The notes under the pieces are model-generated. The model saw nothing but the letters and a program-made list of their open reading frames with translations. It was not told the DNA's origin and ran no database searches. A stretch of DNA of 57,699 nucleotides, filler included, from Squatina squatina (Eukaryota): NCBI GenBank assembly GCA_031763465.1. It is 2 parts of 2 records of this genome, joined end to end, with 100 filler letters (N's around TTAATTAATTAA, not from the genome) between each part and the next. Parts side by side here need not be neighbours in the genome. Positions count along the whole stretch, not along the records: positions 29,971 to 57,699 come from JARFOE010000219.1; 1 more part is not named here. One strand, given 5' to 3'. Positions 51,401 to 57,699 of the stretch are shown in pieces; the stretch's first letter is position 1, and every line of letters begins with the position of its first letter. A program made the position numbers and the translations under genes.

Positions 51401-54400
51401 ATGAATTGCCTTCAACGATGCAACGGAAGACAGATTTTCAAATTAATAATACAGGTACGAGTTCCTGTGAGTTTTGTACCTGGGATAAGAATTAAATGAT
51501 ATTGGAGAGAACAGTTATTCATGCAGTGGTTTCTCAGTGGAGGCTTTGAGAGTTGTAACCACTCACTGTAATGTTGGCTTGTGAGGGCTAGTAATTTTCC
51601 TGCACTGTCCTGTCGCAAATGTCTTTTCCTAACTAATCTGAATAAAATGGCTGAGCAAGGTGCTGAAGGCACTAGGAAAAGTTTGTCTCGTTTATGCCTT
51701 CTTTTGTCTTATTGGCCCATTTTGCCTTTAAGTAATAGTCTGAGTTCACCTTATCTATGCTATTGAGTACCACCTTCTCTCTAGATTGTAGGTTTAAGCT
51801 CCTACCAACGCATGTTGCTCTCCCATGCATGTGTGTTGATTTTCAATGGTCAGAATTATTTGCAGTACTGACACGAAGATGTGACCAGTTATTTATACAG
51901 CCTCAGCATACTCTCCTGTAGCGTGAACTCCACTGTTCTGACTATGTATCCCAATGCTTTATTACTGTACATAAGAAGGAAGTATACCTGATCATCTGTC
52001 ATTTCACCAACAACTCTATCCCAAAAGAAAGATCAAGGTGTTAGCCAAGGAATTCCATCTTGGATACTTTCTGAAGATCAAGTACTGTGACTTCTTCCAT
52101 GGAGAGTCTCTGTTACAACACACAGTTGCTGTATTGATTATTACAGATTCTATTTCCACTACAGTTAGTTCCTAAGAGGCCTTTTGCGCATCCCCGATTT
52201 TAATCGCTCCACCAATGATGGCTGTGCCTTCTGTTGCCTAGGCCCTAAGCTCTGGAATTCCCTCCCTAAGCCTCTCCGCCTCTCTACCTCTCTTTCCTCC
52301 TTTAAGACTCTCCTTAAAACCTACTTCTTTGACCAAGCTTTTTGGTCACCTGTCCTAATATCTCCTTATGTGGCTCAGTGTCAAATTTTGTTTGATAACG
52401 CTTCTGTGAAGCACCGTGGGACATTTTACCACGTTAAATGCTATATAAAAGCAAGTTGTTGTTGAGAGGAAAACATTCATGCGTTGCTTATGATAATTTT
52501 TTCTTGTTGTTTCAGTTGTACAGTCAAGAGGAANNNNNNNNNNNNNNNNNNNNNNNNNNNNNNNNNNNNNNNNNNNNNNNNNNNNNNNNNNNNNNNNNNN
52601 NNNNNNNNNNNNNNNNNNNNNNNNNNNNNNNNNCGCCATCCTGGTGGGAGAGGGATTGGACGTCCATAGTGAAATGGTGACTGTTGGGGCCAGGAAACTG
52701 AAAACTGTTAGTGGCACAGGGCATCAGAAGAATCGTGGATGTAGGTGGGAAGAGAGTGGACAAGGGGGAAAAAAAGTCAAGGTAGGAAGAAATCAGTTCT
52801 GTGGGGCAAGAACAGGCTGAAAAGATGGGTCTACCAGGGCAGTCCTGTTTGTGGATTTCTTCTGCCTTCCACCCTATCACAGAGCTTCCCTTTTGTTATT
52901 TCCTCCCCTACACCCTTTCCCGACACTTGCTTAAGATCTGTTAGATCTGTAACTTTTTCCAGTTCTGACAACGGGCCATTGAACTGAACCATTTTCTCTC
53001 CACAGATGCTGCCTAGCCTGCTGAGTATTTCCAGCATTTTATGTTTTTACACCCAACTGGTTGTTCATATGTGTACCAGATATCTACATAGACAGGGGTC
53101 ACTGTTTGATTACCAGTAATGGAAGGCCTGGGTAATTGTTCCCTTCCATTGCCCAGGGGTGTTGAGACTCTGCTGGCTGAGACCAGTGAACTCTGCATAC
53201 ACCAGGAATGACTCTAGGTCTGCAAAGCTCACCTCCACCCACAAGGCCATGGAGGAGCTGTTTCTTGGTATATCACCAGGTGCAGGTCAATGACGGTAGA
53301 AACAGAATGTGGATTTTATGTTTGTGCCCATTACTTTAGGCAGTAACTGAGAAAGGAATTTTGTTAGCATCATCAGTTTGTATTCTTTAATCAAGTTCCT
53401 TCCAAATACCAAAGAGCATCTTTTCTATATGATCTGGTGCCAATACTAAAATTTTAGTATTGGTTCCATTTTGAAGACACTTTTGATGCTGTGGACTCCT
53501 TTCCACTGACACCTGGATTGAATGTGTTCAGACTAACTGACCTGAGGCCCAGAAGTGAAAGGGCTGTGCTGGAATACAGCAAATTGTACTGTATTTTGTG
53601 TAATCCATGAACTTGAATTGTTTCATGACTGTACATTTGCTCTGAGTGTCAACATTCTGGTTTTGCTATATTGGACTGTGCACTAAAACTCAAAGAATAT
53701 TTTAAAAAGGAAGTGCATCACCTGATGGAAATATTCTAGTGATTGTTCTTGTCTTTATCTTTATTCAGTGCCTGAAATTGAAGGTGATTGTACAGCTGAA
53801 GTGGACAGTATAAGTTCCCTGTGCTCTCAAATAACACATGCATTCAGTAGGCAAGTGGAGGACCCATTCTCTTCTGCACCAATGACGAAACTGACTGTGG
53901 GTGCTGCTCCTCCAGTAACTGCCTCCCAAGGTGCGTAGCTGATTTGACGACTCTTTGGAAAAAGACTGAACTTTGTTTAGGTTGTGGTGTTGCAGATTTG
54001 ACCATTTGATATTTCCTCTCATTGTAGTCAATGGAGCAGCTTCAGCCTTTCCACTGCCCGTTCCAGCACCAGCAGCACCTGCCATGTCTCCCACAGTAAT
54101 GCCAATGTGCGACACAAACCCTTGGGCCCAGGTCCCTTCAGCAACTAGTGCAGGAGCTACAATTGCTGCAAGTAAGGCTATACATATGGTTTATGGATAT
54201 AACTGGAGATGGAAGCAAGAGGCATATTTATAATTAAGTATTTGTTACGTAGCCCCAAATTATTTTGCACAGGACCAAAAATATGGAAACATCACATATC
54301 AATTAAATAACTGTGGCGGTATAAATGCTAAACCTCAAAAATAACTTTAAAGTTACTTATTTCAAATTCAGTATGCTGTGATTATACAGTTTAGATGTAC

Positions 54401-55461
54401 ATATCTACAAATCATGCTACTGATTTCTCCATTTTTGTTTCACGTGACTCAAGTTAAACATTGGGAATACCTTAAGTCATCGTCTTTGTCCACATCCCCA
54501 TTCTCTTTTCCACCACCACCGCCACCCCCCCACACCGCCACCCAATTCTATACTCCAAGTCCATCCTTCTCTTCGGCCACTGTCTCAAGTTCACCCAGAT
54601 TGTTTGCATCCTCCACCGTCCTTTTTGACCCAGTGCTGAGCTTCCAAACCCGTCTCCTCGCCATCATGAAGACTGCCACTTTTACCTCCGTAACATTGCT
54701 CGTCTTTGCCTGTGCCTCAGCTGCCGGAACACTCTTCCATGCCTTTGCCACCTCTGGATTTGATTATTCCAATGCTGCCCTGACCGGCCTTCAATCTCCA
54801 TAAACTTCAGCTGATTCAAAACTCCCCCGCATCCTAACCCCCACCAAGTCCTTCCACCCATTANNNNNNNNNNNNNNNNNNNNNNNNNNNNNNNNNNNNN
54901 NNNNNNNNNNNNNNNNNNNNNNNNNNNNNNNNNNNNNNNNNNNNNNNNNNNNNNNNNNNNNNNGCAGCACCAGTCAGCGTGGTTCCTCAGATGCAGCCTA
55001 CGTTTATTCCTGCTCAGTCATACAGTCGAGGGGTCACCAACGGGATACCATATCAAGCTCCAAGCGTGCCTGTGGTTGGAATCACCCCTTCACAAATGGT
55101 TGCTAATGTCTTTGGCACAGCAGGCCATACTCAGGTTACTCATCCACAACAGAGCCATGCACATTTAAAACAAAATGCATTCCCACAATTTGAAGGTAGC
55201 ATCGTGGGCATTGCTGTAAATGCCAGCCCTTACTTTAAACCTGCCCAGCAAATTAACGGTTCGGCAGCTTTCAATGGAGCAGAAAGTACCAACTGGACAA
55301 CAGAAACCAAAAGCATTCAAATGGCAGCAGGCATACCAGAAATTGATGCATTTGAGGCTCAGTGGAATGCACTGGAATATAAATCAAAGCAACGGGCCAC
55401 ACCTTCTCCTACTAATCCATTCTCTAGTGACTTACAGAAGACCTTCGAGATTGAACTTTGA
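45441..55461 (+). CDS. NUMB: Protein numb homolog (exons 45441-45566, 46536-46547 partial, 47811-47885, 51167-51454, 53769-53930, 54028-54171, 54964-55461 partial; others in gaps)
   Basis: [30 protein letters not shown]...; PTB segment [25 protein letters not shown]; NumbF segment [21 protein letters not shown]...[24 protein letters not shown]; C-terminus [19 protein letters not shown] then stop. Splice sites are canonical. Confidence 0.93.
45715..46040 (-). mobile_element. Deu-domain tRNA-derived SINE (SacSINE1/AmnSINE-like)
   Basis: GGGCCTTGGTTTACTATCTCATCTGAAA resembles the reverse complement of the Deu core. A tRNA-like head (GATTGAACCC...GAGCCA) lies at the right end. Confidence 0.5.
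46870..47399 (-). mobile_element. L2-type LINE 3' fragment
   Basis: [19 protein letters not shown] motif plus a tail homologous to 52175-52462. Confidence 0.7.
49190..49829 (+). mobile_element. RTE-clade LINE 3' fragment
   Basis: [36 protein letters not shown]...[25 protein letters not shown], then a C2H2 motif [21 protein letters not shown]. One in-frame stop. Confidence 0.85.
52175..52462 (+). mobile_element. L2-type LINE 3' end
   Basis: [39 protein letters not shown] plus a GCTATATAAAAGCAAGTTGTTGTT tail. Confidence 0.75.
52634..53045 (-). mobile_element. Penelope-like RT fragment with adjoining short repeat
   Basis: [27 protein letters not shown] and FTMDVQSL are Penelope RT motifs. Confidence 0.7.
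54585..54863 (+). mobile_element. L2-type LINE RT fragment
   Basis: VLFDPVLSF...[21 protein letters not shown] resembles the L2 motif LIHAFVTSRLDYCNALLAGL. Confidence 0.65.
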
Positions 55462-56670
55462 GCGGAGCTCTGATTTTTCTTTTGAGGGGCAGGTGTGCGG
55501 AGAGCATTCAGTGTTAATAATGGGCATGAAGAACTGCTTTAGCAGCAGTCTCTGAGCACCATTGTAAACCTGATGTGAAGCTGGACTGAAAGATCTGGCA
55601 AGGTTGAACGNNNNNNNNNNNNNNNNNNNNNNNNNNNNNNNNNNNNNNNNNNNNNNNNNNNNNNNNNNNNNNNNNNNNNNNNNNNNNNNNNNNNNNNNNN
55701 NNNNNNNNNNAAGGTTGAACGATCAAAGGGGCATGTCTGTTATCTGCCTTGGAAAAACTGGCTATTTTTAATGGTACAAGTGTAGGGGATCAGCTGCTTG
55801 TTTCTGAAGTCTTTCTACCTACAATTATGTTGGTATTCTGTGGTGGGACTGCAGAGTGATGCTGCAGTTCTCTTGTTGAAGCTTCCAATTTGGATAAATT
55901 GATGCCAAAATCTTTATTTTTATGCATTAGTATATATATTTTAAATAGTTATGGAAATTGAGCTGTAAGTAATCTTGCCAAAGGTAAAACACCGAACGGT
56001 TGTACGAAATGTATATAGAGAATGGTTTATTGCTGATTCTAATGTAAGTAATTGGAGTAAATGTGATCCTTTAACTGGTCCTTGCAACAGACTATTTTGC
56101 TGTGAGTAGTAAACTTGCTTAAACAAATGACCAATTATAAATCATTAGTATGCAGCAGTTAAATATTTTTAATAGTATTGTTATGGTCTACATAAACCAT
56201 GAACAATCTTGTATGTTCTGTTGAGCAAGATTTTATTTTGTTCTGTGTTGCTTAAAATTATCTTGTTTCCCTTATTATCTTGAGTGGGTTTTTAAGACGG
56301 TCAGTCAGGTTCGATTGCTGTAAATGTAAAAATNNNNNNNNNNNNNNNNNNNNNNNNNNNNNNNNNNNNNNNNNNNNNNNNNNNNNNNNNNNNNNNNNNN
56401 NNNNNNNNNNNNNNNNNNNNNNNNNNNNNNNNNNNNNNNNNNNNNNNNNNNNNNNNNNNNNNNNNNNNNNNNNNNNNNNNNNNNNNNNNNNNNNNNNNNN
56501 NNNNNNNNNNNNNNNNNNNNNNNNNNNNNNNNNNNNNNNNNNNNNNNNNNNNNNNNNNNNNNNNNNNNNNNNNNNNNNNNNNNNNNNNNNNNNNNNNNNN
56601 NNNNNTTACAATCACTTGTAATAAAGAAATAAATTTATACTGGAGATTTATAATCTTTAACAGAAATAAA
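55462..56670 (+). terminator. NUMB 3'UTR with clustered polyadenylation signals
   Basis: AT-rich sequence after the stop codon, AATAAA at 56620, 56628 and 56665, followed by T-rich sequence. Partly gapped. Confidence 0.5.
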
Positions 56671-57699
56671 TGGTGGTTAGAAGACTGACCATATTTGGAA
56701 AGTTTTTTTTTGATGATTTCAAATTACAACTTTCTATGTTAATTTATATATTTTATTTCAGTATCAAGGAGGAGTTGTTGATGACCGATTCCACATTCTA
56801 ACTAAGTATTTTCCTTGGATCAGTCCCCAGCACTTCTGTAACCGTATTATTATACACTTGTCAGAACCAACAGGAAATCTTAGGTTACCAAAGCTAATCC
56901 CTGATCAAAACTAATTTATAGTGATTCACAGTGTAAATATAACTAACAAAAAATAAAAGAAACCTTGAAAATAGTGACATATATCCCAAAACAAAATGTG
57001 AAGTATGAAAACCTGAAATGGTACACTGGAAAGCTTGGCATATTATCCAGAAAAGGTTTTGTCTGGGCGATTTATCTCAAGAAGAAAATACAGCCCTTGA
57101 GTAGATCTATTAGCGAGCAGCACTGGGGAAAAAATCTTGCACACTGTATAAAAACAGCTTGCGTGCCATTGTAAATTACACCTTCCATGACAGGACTTCT
57201 GCCAGCACCGATAATTTCCTGCAATCGATAGAGTTTATTGTATTTCACCATTCTGTGTATAGAAAATCCACTGGTTCAATATAAGTTGTTTAATTTGCCA
57301 TTCATGGAAATGCGTTAATAAAAAGTTCACTATACATTTTTTTTTACATGAACATCTCGTCCTTAAAAAAATGTGCTTCCAGCTTGTTCAGTGAAAAGTA
57401 GTTACAGAAGTGTTATGTACAATATTAAACCACTTGACACCTGTTCAAAGGAGTGATGGTGTACAAAGCTGTAGGGCGCAACAGAGCAAATATATGATCA
57501 TTTAGTGAGTATATCCAACCTGTCAACATTCAGCTTTTGAAAATGCCAGTCTTTTTACACACACAAATTATCTGCTGATAAATCTCAAAACGTAAGTAAC
57601 AAACTTCACATCCTTTGAAAATCTTATTTACTACATTAACAACTTGATTATAAGTGTGCAGTAACTAGTAATTCTAAAACTATTATATACATCAATAGT

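Noticed and set aside
55600-55721. 11-bp direct repeat AAGGTTGAACG flanking a gap, like a target-site duplication
   Set aside because: More simply an unmerged contig overlap at a 100-N gap.

Overview
Gapped draft eukaryotic sequence, most likely from a cartilaginous fish (inferred from CR1/HER1-type, L2, RTE, Penelope and Deu-SINE-like repeats plus vertebrate genes). The real genes are spliced, so most of the supplied ORF track is noise. The window is two pieces joined at 29871-29970 by an artificial N44-TTAATTAATTAA-N44 spacer. Left piece (1-29870): a minus-strand array of MUC16-like SEA-domain mucin exons. It has a repeating 4-exon module (27 / 146-155 / 68 / 161-170 nt), a transmembrane exon and a cytoplasmic-tail exon, interleaved with transposon remnants and two minisatellites. 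Right piece (29971-57699): the last three coding exons of a DPF/BAF45 double-PHD gene (probably DPF3), a ~5.9 kb CT-rich satellite, and most of NUMB including both known cassette exons. An intact triosephosphate isomerase exon 1 with a TATA/GC-box promoter lies antisense inside a DPF intron. No prokaryotic-type systems (CRISPR etc.) are present. All exon calls were read manually from GT-AG sites and reading phase; family assignments rest on recalled protein similarity and no database search was run.
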